A DNA stretch of 64,000 nt, from NCBI GenBank assembly GCA_017654855.1, contig CM030337.1, positions 3,906,001-3,970,000 on the forward strand, written 5' to 3'. The position numbers and the translations under genes are program-made. Under the pieces are notes generated by a model. The model worked only from the letters and a program-made list of their open reading frames with translations, was not told the DNA's origin and made no database searches. This stretch comes from Podospora anserina. Its lineage: Eukaryota. Positions 37,521-53,458 of this stretch are shown in pieces (the stretch's first letter is position 1; each line of letters opens with the position of its first letter).

Positions 37521-38182
37521 CTAATCTTGGGTCTGAACCTTGTGGTCTCCGGGACCTTGGGCGACAACCTGGGCGTAACTTGGGGGAGGACCACCTGAGG
37601 AGGGGCCAGCGGCAGGGGCGACGCCCTCTTCGTGGCCACTGCTGTGGTTGTTGTTGTTGTGGGCTGTGGTGCCGTAGTTTGGCTGAGGATGGGCTTTGGG
37701 TTGCTGGTTTTGGAGACGGGGTTGACCTTGGTGAGGGTGGCCTTGACGGTGGTTGTTGTCGTGGACAAAGACGTAGACGCGGCCGTGCTCGGCGTTGGAG
37801 GGGGCTTGGTAATCGTAGTCGTAGGGTATGTCGGGGTACTTGGCGATGATGTACCAGGCGTGGATTAGGCCAGGGATCTTGAGGATGGTTAGGAGAGTGA
37901 TTCATGGAGCTAGATCGGGGGAGGCGACTTACAAAACCCAAGCAGAGAAGGAGGATGTTGATTAGGGAGTCGGCAGAGCAAATTCCGCGCTTTACCCAGA
38001 CTAGTGAGTGAAAAGTATCGTTAGTTTTGAACTGTTGACCGTTGTGATTTATGGCCATGGTGTTGACGCAGCGCGAAAGGCAACCATCATGACATGACAT
38101 AGTGGTGGGGCAGGGTTCGCGTACCTGGGAGCGGGGGAAAGAGGATGGCCAGGATGCCGAGGAAGAGGTCGGTCGAGCACAT
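37521..38182 (-). CDS. Pmp3/RCI2/SNA-family small membrane protein with PY motif (160 aa; introns 38001-38124, 37878-37932)
   Basis: MCSTDLFLGILAILFPPLP|VWVKRGICSADSLINILLLCLGF|IPGLIHAWYII; C-terminal PPPSY. Confidence 0.9.
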
Positions 38183-38621
38183 GGCAATGAATAGGTAAAA
38201 GAGGGCTTTGTTGGAGAAGTGAGTGTGTTTGTTGTAGTGTAGAATTCGGTGTTCTGGTGAGGAATCTCAGGAATGACAAGAAGTGGTGTGTTCGGGTGAT
38301 GATGGTTCGAGGACGCGGAGCTGCGTCAGTGATGCAAGAATATGGGTCCGAGAGGTCAGCTGTGCCAGGGGGGGCTTGCGTAACTTGCATGACGCTTGAC
38401 TGTTTTTGGTCTGGGCTTGGACATTGGAGTGGCGTGCCTGGGGAAGAAGGTTTGCGAGGGTTAGGGTTGCTGCAAAAGGCGGTCGGGAAATTGATGGCAG
38501 AATCTCCAGCGCGAGCGACGCGACCTTGATTTGGAGCATGCGATAGGTGGTACGCAAACTTCCAACAGCTATTGGTGATCCATCACCTTGGCTTCAGACT
38601 ATCCAACCCAATACCGACAAA

Positions 38622-42289
<3,668 letters not shown>

Positions 42290-42851
42290 ATGGTGTTGGT
42301 TGTTATTTGCATCATCAGTCTGGAGTTGGACAAGACAGCATATGCATTCTATTCGAGCGTTTGACTAGTTGGTAACCAAAAGATACCCGTTAAACTTCTT
42401 CATTTTAAGGGGGTTCCAAAAACCGCCATGTAAAAAGTCTTGCTTCGGGAGCACGCCTGCAACATATATGGCCGCCTTGCTGGAGGCCAAGCGCGCCCTT
42501 TCCCAGGCGCCAAACGACAGTCGCGGCAGCTTCAAAGTGTGCATGTAGTGTGATATACTGTGTGGGATGCACTAAACGAGACCAAATCACCAATCCGTGC
42601 GGTGTTGCCGTTCCTACCTTGATGATTCTCTTGAGCGTTCTTTCCCTGAGCCACCGAGGCCAAATACCAGTCAGTCCTCTCATATATCTCACGACTTACC
42701 CCACTTTGCTCAACGCAGCAACTCACCCATCAACCGCACACCATCAATAGATTTGCACTGGATGCAAATTACCTTAGGCATCATTCAAGTCAATAAATTT
42801 TATCTTGTCATCCATTTCTATTCCCTCGTTTGGGTAACGTAACGATTCAGC

Positions 42852-45800
42852 ATGACCCTCACCCAGCAGCAAGCTATCCATTTGGTTCAGAGCATTGCCG
42901 ACGACCATGGCCATCTCGATGAGAAAACACTCGCTACAATGGACGCGGGCACCCGCTTGAAGGTTGAGAGAGCTTTGCTGGCAAAAGACCAACTTATTGG
43001 TCAGAGTGTTATTACGCAAGTATCTTCCCATGGTACATTATTGGAAGGCAGTGGCTAACCTTCTCAACGTTACAGCCTGGCCAGAGAACTGTACTCCAAA
43101 GATGTTCGTTTCATCTTTGAACTGCTTCAGAACGCTGACGACAATCACTTCAACCATGCGAAATCCAGCGGGCAAGAACCGTATGTCGCTTTCCTTATTT
43201 ATCACGACAAAATCGTCATCGACTGTAACGAAGATGGCTTCACCGAAGAAAACCTACGGGCCATCTGTAGTGTCGGTAAGAGCTCGAAGCATGGCGCTCA
43301 AGGATACATTGGTGAGAAGGGAATCGGATTCAAGTCCGTCTTCAAGGTTGCTTGGAAAGTTCATGTTCAGTCGGGACCCTTTTCCTTTTGTTTTATCCAC
43401 AGACCAGGTGACTCCGGTATGGGCATGATTTCGCCGGAGTGGCATCAATCCGAGGACTCGACGAGGCCTCCTACCGGCATCACCAGAATGACCTTCACCC
43501 TGCACAACAACCTTGATCAGAAGCTACAGGCAGCCCAACGTCAAAGTATCGTGAACGAGTTCAAAGACCTCCAGCCAGCCATGCTGCTGTTCCTAAAGAA
43601 GTTGAGACGCATAGAAGTACATTTCTTCGATGTCGAGGGAACCAAGGAGAGTCATTCTGCAATGTCTCTGTCTGCGCCAGTCGATATATCGAATCGAGCC
43701 GTCCTCACAACCACAAAGACAACTCACAATTCTGAGCCCAAGACGTTCAGTCATCACTACCATGTCACAAAGCTGTGGGCAACGGGCCTTGCCAGGAACG
43801 AGAACCGCAAATATTCACCAGCAGAAGAGTCCTCGAAAGCTTACTCTCGGACAAAGGTCGTCCTTGCGTTCCCTTTGACTGACCAGTCCATACCCATCAT
43901 CGAGCCTCAGGATATTTTTGCTTTTCTACCGATCCGCAAGATTGGGTTCAATGTCAGTCCCCCACAGCTGAGCAGGCTCCCAAGTCGATAAGATCTGACT
44001 CCGATTTCTACCTACAGTTTCTGATCCATACTGATTTTGTCACAATGGCAAATCGGGAAGACATTGTCACGAGCTCACAACGTAACAAAGGTTTACGTCG
44101 GTATCTAGCTCAGGCCTTCGTTACCGCAGCCGAGCAGATGTGCGAGCATCCTCAGCTTCAGTTCCAGTGGATGCGATACCTACCTCGTCTATCGGGTAAC
44201 CATTGGGATTCATTTTGGTCTGAATTCTCTGGAATATTGCAGGAAGAGATCACGAAGGTGGATGTGATCATACCTTTTACGTCGATGACCCCTCGGCCCC
44301 TGACTGCTCTTAAACAGTGGCCCTCTAAGATCTCGTGGCTGGACCACCTTGATCGCCCCGTCTTCGAGGACTTGCCTAAAGAGAAGGCGGCATACGTTTC
44401 ACTTGAGTATCAGGATTCTGACCTGTCTATTCTCAGGGACTACGGGATGAAATATCTGTCTTGGGTCGACCTCATTTCAAGAGCCAAGGCTGACCTTAGG
44501 AGTCGCTCTTCAAAGATGAAGAGCCCTCAGACGGACGCTAAGTGGCATTCGCTGGCTGCCAAACTTCTGAAAAGGGGGCTGAGAAATCTCAAGTACGAGG
44601 AGGAAATCAAGGCTCTGAATCTTCTGCCACTCTCTGATGGAAGTTGGACAAGCGTTACCAAAGGAGGAAGTGTTTACTTCCCCACGACAACAGAGGGTTT
44701 CTCAATACCGGCGGAGCTGGGTCTCAAGTTCATCAAAGCCGATGCCGCAGTTCAACCTGAAAGGAATGCACTGTTTAAGGCTCTTGGTGCTATCTTTGCG
44801 TCATCCGACCTCATTCGATCTTTGGTTATTGGGTTCCAAGCTAAGCACAGGTCCTCCTCTCTTGAGACCTCTGTGGACATGCTCCGGTTTCTATATTTGA
44901 CACACCCTCCGGATGCATCTTTGGGTGTTTACGATGTGATCTGGGTGATATCTTCCAGTTACTTGGATCTTAAGCCGACGGAAAACGACGTTTACTTCGA
45001 AGACGAGTCAGATCCCTACGGCCCTGCAGCCCTTGGGCTCGAGGTCAACTTTCTTCACCCACATTACCTACAAGAAACCCCGCAAACACCCGAAGACGCC
45101 ACTCGCGCTGGTGAAGATGCGGCCAAAGGCTGGAGGAATTGGTTGGAACAACACATTGGTATCCGAACACGGCTGAGATTAGCAACAAAAGACGTCCCAA
45201 ATGGGAAACCAGCCTTGTCAGAGGAGATTTTACATGTTGCAGAGCACCAGCCAACTAAATTCATCGGGTTACTTCACCATCTTTGGGAATACGAAGGGGA
45301 AAGTCTAGCGTCCAACGAAACCCTTTGTCGGCACCTGGGTAGCTTGGAGGTTCTCTGTGAAGGGGGTAGTCGAGAGCCTCTCAAAAACACTATATTGCCC
45401 ACCCCAAAGTTGAGGGAATTGTCTCAGCGATATTTGGAGCCATCCCATGGCTCCAGATTCCTGCAACTCGAGATTAGCCTGCCCAACACGATAGGCAGCT
45501 GGAGCTTCTTGGCCAAATTCAATATCATTATGGATGATGATCTGCTTTTCTACTTGATCATACTGATGAGTATAGCGTCGAAAGCAGCATCTCTATTGAT
45601 GAAGCCTTCTCGGATCCTGCGGCTATATGCGGCGATTCAAGCCAAGTGTCTGGCCAGCAATGATATTTCCGAGGCGCTTGAAGATGTGAGGTAAGATTAT
45701 CATCGTTGACCAGCCCGCAACAACGAACCTGCTGACAAGCCTTTAGGCGCTTTTTCGCACATTCTCCTCTCACGTACATTCCTTCTACTCCCGGAGAATT

Positions 45801-48700
45801 TGGCACCTCTCCGCAATGGGTGGTAGCGACGCGGAGCTGTCTGCTTGATGCGCCAGCCGACATGAGGCATAGGCTACCACTTGACGCATTGTATAGCCAG
45901 GCCTTTTCGGATGATGCCAGCAAGTCTTTGTCCACAGTTTTGACATTTTTCCGTGAAACTGTCAAAGTTTCATCCTGCGATCATATGGCTTTTGTCCTTG
46001 AGTTGCAACACTTGAAGGTTAACAACTGTATGGATATGCCACTCATTCGAAGCCACTACAAGAGGCTCCGAAAGTGTATTTCATCGAAAGAAGACGATAT
46101 AGAGCGGGTCAGGAAGTGGGTTGCGGAAAAAGCGCTGGTATTCTACCAGCCATGCAATGACGGCGAGCCCACGTGGCACAGCCCAGCTGACTGTGTATGG
46201 TCGACCGAGGCGGGACTCCGCGGTAAGGCCAATCTGCGTGAGCAGTACCCTGACTTGAAAGAGTTCTTCGTGGACCTGCTTGGGGTTGACTTGCTCAAAA
46301 TCAACATGATATACGAGTTGCTCCTGCGACTAGACACCAACAGTCCCGTCGATTATCAAGAAGCAAAGACGCAACTCCTTGCCTTCAGCAGCCTTCTCCC
46401 GATGGCACCAGAAGAATTGTTGAAGACCATGAAGCCGAAGAAGCTTGTGAAGCAAAACTGCTTGCCAGTTACTTGTCCGGATGTGGGAGAGAAGCTTGTC
46501 GGCGCCGCCACCGAGTTCACGATTATTGACCGCCAGGGGCCGATGGCAGAATTTCGGCACCAGGTGAGGGTGCTGGACTTTGACATGGAGGAGGTGCATG
46601 ACCTGCAGGCTTTTATCGAGTGGGCTGGTCTTACGGGGCGGTACCTTTCGAAGATGGTACGGGAGGTGCCTTGTCTTGGGGCTGGGCCAAAGGTTCCCAT
46701 CGGCAACCCTTTGTTTGATATCAGAAAGAAGGCACATGAGATTTTGAGGTGAGATTTACCTTCTATATCAACCTTTTACCGAACATTCAGCATACTGACT
46801 CCATGTTGTAGGGTGGCCAAGTTCTTTCGCAGTCCACGGTATCAAGAGGGCAATGGGTGTAAGCTCTATGCGCAGCTGCGTGGGGCGCAGACCTGGGAGA
46901 CAGACGACATTTCCGCACAGCTTGTCCTGGAAATGAACGGGGAAAGCTATGTTGTGCCGCTGGAAAAGAGCGATATGTACATCGCCGAAGAAGGCGAGGA
47001 AGGGGAGACCTCTCCACCATCCTGCTTGACGATCTATATCCCGCATGACGAGACTGATCAGGATGTGTGCATCCAGCACAAATTGCCTTACAAGTTGATG
47101 GAGTGGATTATGACGGATCCCGGAACGGGAAAGACGAAGCCGGTGGATGGGAGAGCGGTCAGGTTGGTTACGGCAGTTTTGAATGCCAAGTTTGCGTCGT
47201 TGCCGCGAATTCTGGAGCGTGAAGGAGTTCATGATGTTGATGTTCCTGCTTTGGTAGAAGACCTTGATGAAGGCGAGGATGAGAGTGTCCCAGAGGCTGA
47301 GGAGAATGTTGGTGTCCTCGAAGACGACGTTCAGGAAAGCCTTGGAGATGATGAGGAAGGCGATGTATACGAGGGAGATGACGTCTTTGATGGCGTCGAG
47401 GGGCTGTCTAATACTGGCCCGGAAGAGGCTGCCCACGTGTTTGAGGGAGACGACGTCTTTGATGATGTCGAATACTCTGATCATGACGAGATTGCTCAGG
47501 ACGATTCTGCTGCACACGAAAACGGATTTGTCGATGAGGACGAGTACGCTGATGCGGATCAGATCTTGGATGAAGTTGAGCGTGAACTTGATGGTTTGAG
47601 CATTGAACCACGCACCCCCCCCAGATCGGTCGCGGTATTGTCATCCTCACCATCAACACCTGCGGGTCGTGGCATAATCTACACACCACTTGGAACGGAA
47701 CCCGAAACACCTCTCAGAGTCACTGCCAACCCCCGAAACGCGCGCTGGTCTCCGAGCGGGAATTTTGCGACTCCTCAGACAGGATACTTTCAGCCATCCC
47801 CAAACTGGAGGTCAGGACCCCGGGAACTAAACTCTACTCCAAGCTCAAGCACGCAGCAGTATCGGGAACTCTTGAGCCACATGGTATCAGCTGGCCAGCA
47901 GTTGCGATTCCCAGACTTCGGCAATTTCGACATATCACCTTTGAGAGGCCAACTCCCCCCCACCAAAGATACTGCAAACCCTCTCTGGATGTTCTCGACT
48001 TGGCAACAGGGTGCCGCCGGTGAGCTCTTTGTAAGTTGACTACCTGATATCTAACTATATATCGAACTGCGCTGACATTTACTCTCTTATGCGGCTAGAT
48101 TCTTGAACTTCTCAAGACACTGGACCCCAAACTGCCAGGTTTCTGCGCAGAGGTCAACTGGACGAGCAAGCTCCGAGGCCATGTCACTGTTCATCCAACC
48201 TATGCCAACCTAGTCACTTGGTCAGGGTTTAATGAGACATCTGACCTTGAATATTTCGACTACACTGGCGCTTTCACGACTCTCCTGACCGAAAAGGGGT
48301 ACCTTCCTCGATCGTCCAACACCGGCGAGCAAGCCGGGAACCCGATGCAGCCGAAGAAGTACTACATTGAAGTGAAGTGCACATCTAAGGGCTGTGACGA
48401 GCCATTTTACATGAGCTCTGACCAATATATCAAGGTACGTTTTCTTTTTCCTCGGTGTCAACATTATCATTCGGAGGTTTGTGAGAGACAGAGATGTCAC
48501 GCAAACAACTGACATTTTGTTTCCGAAATTAGATGCAGGCAATCTGCGAACAGAAAGGCGCTGTGTACATTATCTTTCGAGTGTTTAACCTCTACACTGA
48601 CAGGATCGATGTCAGGCTGTTTGTGAACCCTGCTGCGCTTGAGAGGCAGGGGTTGTTGAGGTTCTCGCCGGAGAGGTATAGTGTTAGGGCGACGCCATAG
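42852..48700 (+). CDS. Sacsin/NO VEIN-like GHKL ATPase fused to a C-terminal DUF3883/NOV_C-type PD-(D/E)xK nuclease (~1812 aa, 7 exons)
   Basis: Exons 42852-43015, 43076-43952, 44018-45690, 45747-46748, 46812-48030, 48099-48434 and 48533-48700 join in frame. N-terminal ELLQNADD, CNEDGF, SVGKSSK, IGEKGIGFKSVF, FLIHTDF..ANREDI; C-terminal GAAGELF, ETSD, YYIEVK, FYMSSDQY, YIIFRVFNL. Confidence 0.85.
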
Positions 48701-48973
48701 AATAGGCGGCGACTGTCTCGAGCTGTCTCACAAGGAAACACTTGCCGGATCAGCAAGCGGAATTCGGTAGCCGTCCAACCTTCTGGCGATCTTTATTGCC
48801 AATTTACAGGAGCCTTCAGTGCTGCAGAGTGGTTTGAACTGGAGATAGTGTATATAATACACAGGCATGATCAAGCACAAACAAACACACCAAAAAGGAG
48901 CAAACAATCTGTGAAGAGAGTAGGTAGTATACCTACTGTAGAAGGTAGGTTGACAAAAAACTAACGGCGCAAT

Positions 48974-49058
48974 TGCGCGATCCGGGATTCGAACCCGGGT
49001 CCCTCGCTTGTCCACATGAGATGGGAAGCGAGGATTCTAACCACTAAACTAACCGCGC
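48974..49058 (-). tRNA. tRNA-Gly(CCC) with 13-nt intron
   Basis: GCGCGGT/ATCGCGC acceptor stem, D-loop AGTGGTT, CTCGC-TTCCCA-[TCTCATGTGGACA]-A-GCGAG anticodon arm, CCGGGTTCGAATCCCGG T-arm; T6 Pol III terminator at 48955-48960. Confidence 0.95.
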
Positions 49059-49728
49059 CGTATTTGGAGATTTGAGATGTCTATTGGGAGCAAATCACCA
49101 CCACATATCCGGCAGCACCTGATGGTCTGGTGGAGTGGCGACATTTAGGGGTTTAGGGGGTCGCTTTGCAATATAATACAACCACTCATTAGCTGGCTGG
49201 AAGATTTCTGAGTAAGATGGCTGGTTACACCTTTATGGTCTGGATAGTTTTATCTCACGACACCGCGTTACAATGCCGAGTCTCTGTTGTTGGGTCTATC
49301 GACGATAATCTTCGTCGATGATCACTCACGTTTCATCAGCCACATACCCCACTCGAGCTTGTATAAACAGAAGTACCTGGGGTGCACTAAGTCTTGGGAC
49401 ATGTTTTCAAAGGGATGAGCTCAAGATGGTTGAGATATCTGCTTCGATATGTTCCAACAAAAGAAAAGAGACGTCAAAGTCCCATGTCAAGAGAAAGATA
49501 AGCAAATACAAGTACAACTCTGAGTCTTATCCTTCATTTTTCTCCCTAACCCTGTAATTAAGTCCATCCATGACCCAACGACCACCGTTTTGAATTATCA
49601 CCTTCACTCAACCAACCTCCACTGCCCGATATTCGCATAGCAGTGATGGGATATTAGACGCACCATCTCTCTGAAGTCCTCCTATACCCAACCGCGTAAA
49701 AACCGCGTTGGGGATCGCAGTGCCAAGC

Positions 49729-50197
49729 TCAAGCCTCCACCAAGGTCAGTGAAGCGATACAGGCACCGCGCAGGATTGTGTCCTCGATGGCATTACACTC
49801 AACCTGGCGTCGGACCGGGGCTGACCTTCTAGCCTTTTTTCCCAACAAAAGACACAAAAAGTCGGTTAATTCACAGTCGTCGTCCTGCTCCTGGCGCTTG
49901 ATGTTGACACCCCCCACGGATGTGGTCACGACGGAGGAGTTGGGGTCGATGTTGAGATCTTCGCACTCCCCACTGAACACACAGCCCACGGGGTCAATGA
50001 GGCACAGAGCAATGCATGGATCGACGGCCTGGGTGGTCACCTGGCGTTCGGATTTCAAATGGCTGGCTGTTGCCGCTCTGGGGGAGGCAGGAGCAGCAAT
50101 GGTTGTGCCAAAGAGGGCGATGGTGGATACAAAAGCGAACTGATAATGGTTAGGTAGCTGGTTCCTTGAGAGTGGTTGAAGGGGGTATTACCTTCAT
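49729..50197 (-). CDS. Secreted Kex2-type multi-peptide precursor (138 aa, 8 Cys; intron 50140-50191)
   Basis: ATG AAG|GTAATA...CTAAC...CAG then FAFVSTIALFGTTIAAP signal peptide; segments delimited by ER/KR/KK-RR/RR, three of them starting with Gln. Confidence 0.8.
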
Positions 50198-50520
50198 GTT
50201 GACGGTCTTCGTGTCAGTGTCTTTGGGTGTAACGGGTGGTTTTGATGTGTTATGTGCCAAACGGAGGTGTTGCTGGAGATGAACTCAAATGATGGGGAGA
50301 AAGCTGGTGAGTGGTGTGTCTGATTGGGCTGCTGCGAGGAGGGGAGAACAAGCTGCTTTTATCCCTCATCTTTGAGAATCAAGCCAGCGAGGTAGGTAGA
50401 CACAGTGTTGCCGTAAGATCTTCAGTCTTCCAGCATCGTGACCACGGACTACGGACTACGGTGATTGCCAGAGTCAGTCCGGAGTAACTTTCTTTTGCAG
50501 AACTGCAAGTTTGTGCTGTG

Positions 50521-51305
50521 ATGTCTCAGTCAGCTGAAGATGATCATCACAATCACAACCCGAACACTGGAGCTTGTTTCTACTTCGCCGAGAGGGTCTG
50601 ACCGCGGACCCATCTGACGCGACGGAAATTGCAAGAGCTGAGAAGTTTTCGCGTCAGTTTCGGGATGAACTTATACTCTGCTCTGGCGCTTCGATCAACC
50701 ATCACACAGCGTTCGCCATGATCGACAGGAAAAATGAAGGTGCGTTCCTGTGCTCCCCCGGCTACCCATGTCTGCAACAAGAAAGTGCTGACCAAAACTT
50801 TTAGCCTGGCATCCTTACCACCGCTTCCCTATCGACGACGGGCCTGGACATCAGCGGCGCCATCATCGCCTCCGACAGTCACTACCGCGACGGGAGGTAG
50901 TCTTGTCCAACCTCACTCGAATCAGAGAGACGTGTTTCTCTTTCGGCGTCCAAGAACAATATTGGTGGTATCTTTGGCAGGTTGGATATTAGTTTGCGGC
51001 GAAGAAAATGGAGGGAATTGGGAATCGCGTTTAGGAAGGTTGAGGGGATAGAGATGAGACTGGCGGGGGGACATCGTCTGAACGACAAGCGTGTATATAC
51101 GTCTCTGCTTAAATGATAATTGGACAGGGAAAACTCTCGATTGGTACAGGAATGCATCATGCACCAAGCACAGTGTTTGAATGAGGTCTTGCGAATAGCT
51201 TCGCCGCTCACCAAAGAGGGGCTTGCCATTTCCGACCAATCGTGTGTGTGCATTTGGCGCGTAGGCAAGCATAAGAGGCAACCAACCATTCCTAGTCACA
51301 CATAA
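50521..51305 (+). pseudogene. Probable degraded gene relic
   Basis: Canonical intron 50740-50804 (GTGCGT...GCTGAC...TTTTAG) joins two open segments (HWSLFLLRREG...DRKNE|AWHPYHRFP...YWWYLWQVGY*). The upstream ATG is out of frame and the downstream part is broken by stops. Confidence 0.4.
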
Positions 51306-51367
51306 AGAGACAACATTTGAGCTCTCTCTTCTTCTCTGCATACAGAAATCGTTCTCCAAACAAGACA

Positions 51368-52192
51368 ATGCCCTCATCAAGCCCCGCAATCAACTTCCCC
51401 CCGCTCCAAACCCACACTTACCAACACCCACACACCCACACCCTGATCTTCCTCCACGGGCGCGGTGACAAAGTCCCTTCCTTTCTCACCGCCCTCTCGG
51501 CATGGGAGTCCTCCACCGCCCTGACGCTCCGAACTGCCTTCCCCACCTTCCGCTTGGTCTTCCCTCAAGCACCCCTCCGCCCCGTCGCAGCAGCCGCCGC
51601 AAAGGGCGAAAGACTTGAATGGAACCAGTGGTTTGACGTCTGGAACACCAACGACTTTTCCGACAATGAAGAGCTCCAAGCTGAGGGGCTGAGAGAATCG
51701 GTCAGTGGCATCAGGGCAATGATCGACGAAGAAGCCGAGATGCTTGGAGGTCGATACGACAGGATTTTGATAGCGGGGATCAGTATGGGGGGTGCGACGT
51801 TGATTCACACATTGTTCAACCTCGAGAAGCCGATCGGTGCCTTGTTGGGATTTTGCTGCCGATGCCCGTTTTCTGGGTCGAAGAAGACGCTGGAGCAGAT
51901 GAGAGCTGTGCTGGGACTGCCTGGGACGCCACAGGGGAATGAAGTGCTGAGGAAGACGCCGATTTTGTTGGAGCATTGTATCGACGATCCGCTTGTTAGG
52001 ATTGAGAGTGGGAGGAACTTGAGGGAGGTGCTGCTGAATTTTGGGGCAGAGAGATTGGAGTGGAAGGAGTATGGGACTGGAGGACACTGGTTCAAGGCGC
52101 CAGATGGGATGGATGATGTTATTTCGTTTGTGCAAAACGTCTTGGAGGTGGTAGACAGCGGAAGCGGCAAAGATGTTGATATGGACATTTAG
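51368..52192 (+). CDS. Phospholipase/carboxylesterase (acyl-protein thioesterase-like alpha/beta hydrolase)
   Basis: IFLHGRG, LVFPQAP, QWFD, AGISMGG nucleophile elbow, HCIDDPLV, GGHW. Confidence 0.92.
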   Translation: MPSSSPAINFPPLQTHTYQHPHTHTLIFLHGRGDKVPSFLTALSAWESSTALTLRTAFPTFRLVFPQAPLRPVAAAAAKGERLEWNQWFDVWNTNDFSDNEELQAEGLRESVSGIRAMIDEEAEMLGGRYDRILIAGISMGGATLIHTLFNLEKPIGALLGFCCRCPFSGSKKTLEQMRAVLGLPGTPQGNEVLRKTPILLEHCIDDPLVRIESGRNLREVLLNFGAERLEWKEYGTGGHWFKAPDGMDDVISFVQNVLEVVDSGSGKDVDMDI

Positions 52193-52274
52193 TAGATTAG
52201 ACAACTTGAGTTAGATTGGATACCTAGATAAATACGAAAAATTCACTGCCGGAGACTGCTTTCTCTTTAACCCA

Positions 52275-53458
52275 TCATCTGTCTGACCCAATACTTCCAC
52301 GACTCACCGGTGAAGAACTCGTGCCCGCAACTTCACTCGACTCGAGAATAGGAGAATCAGCTGTGGTCTCACTGCCCATCATCTCACTCCCTGAAAGAGT
52401 GGGCGAATCAGCCACCGTTTTGCCCTCTTCTGAGGATCCCTCATCAAACCCATCGCCATCTTTTACATCCATAATCTCCTGTGCAGATGCCCCCACTGGC
52501 AATTCATGCGGCCCCAAATCTTTCACACCTCTCCAGTCTTCCATCTCCTGCTGTGGCAACGTCGATATCCGGGCACTCATCTCTCCCTTTTCCCAAGTCG
52601 AAGTCTTGGATAGCGTGTCTCCCTCTTTGAAGGCGGATAGGGTTGCCTTCTTTTGCTCCCGCCGCTTGCGCAAGTGAAAATAGAGATATATAAGCCCTGC
52701 CACCAGAAGAATGGCCGAGAAAATTGGGATGACGATGATGGTAACTGTTGTTGTTAGAGAGAGAGAGGGTGGACCAGGTAGTGGAGTTGGTGTGGGGGGT
52801 GTGGTCGGTCCAGCTGAGGCGGGCGAGGAGACTGGGCCTGGTGAAGGCATTAGTATCTTTTTGGCCCGTGTGAAGTGGGATTGTGATCCTACTTCTCACC
52901 ACGGAGCTGACTCGTATAACAAGTGTGTTTGTTTCTACTGCAAGCTTGGAGGTCACGGCGATCTCCGTAGTTGATGTCGAAGTGAATGAACTCGTCGCTA
53001 CAGGTGGTTCTGTTACCAGGACTGTGGTGATGATCTGGGTAGTCGTCGAGCTTTTAATGCTTGTGGTGGTTGTTATGATGGATCTTGTCGAGTTTGAGGA
53101 CGTCCTTGGCGCACTCTGAATGGGAATACTGTCGCAGTACTCAACGTATTCTCCAAATGCTGGCTGCAGATAAAACTTGTTGGCATTAGTCCAGTCATCA
53201 CCTTCCTTGCCCTGGTGCAAAATGCATGTCCTGCAAGCAGCAAAGTCTTTGGTGAATACAGAGTCCGTTCTGCATAGTTCAGGCGTCTTTCGATACTTCT
53301 GAGTCTCTTCGTATGCTCTGTCTGTGCACTTGTCAGCGTCACTCACCAAGACTATATTTCAAGCATATGGGCAACAAACAACACTCTGATCGACAAAGCT
53401 CAGGGACAAAACTGGTATCGATGTGTTGGGAACTTTGATCCGGGTTCTGGGGAGCCAT
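52275..53458 (-). CDS. Single-pass membrane glycoprotein with Cys-rich domain and Ser/Thr stalk (~356 aa; likely introns 53322-53379, 52838-52892)
   Basis: VPELCRSEC|YRAYEE...PELCRTDSVF...CRTCI...YVEYC, Thr-rich tract, TM helix IIVIPIFSAILLVAGLIYLYF followed by RKRR, PHELP tail. The splice donors are weak. Confidence 0.65.

Noticed and set aside
49144-49161. TTTAGGGGTTTAGGGGG telomere-like words
   Set aside because: Only two imperfect units; not a telomere or interstitial array.
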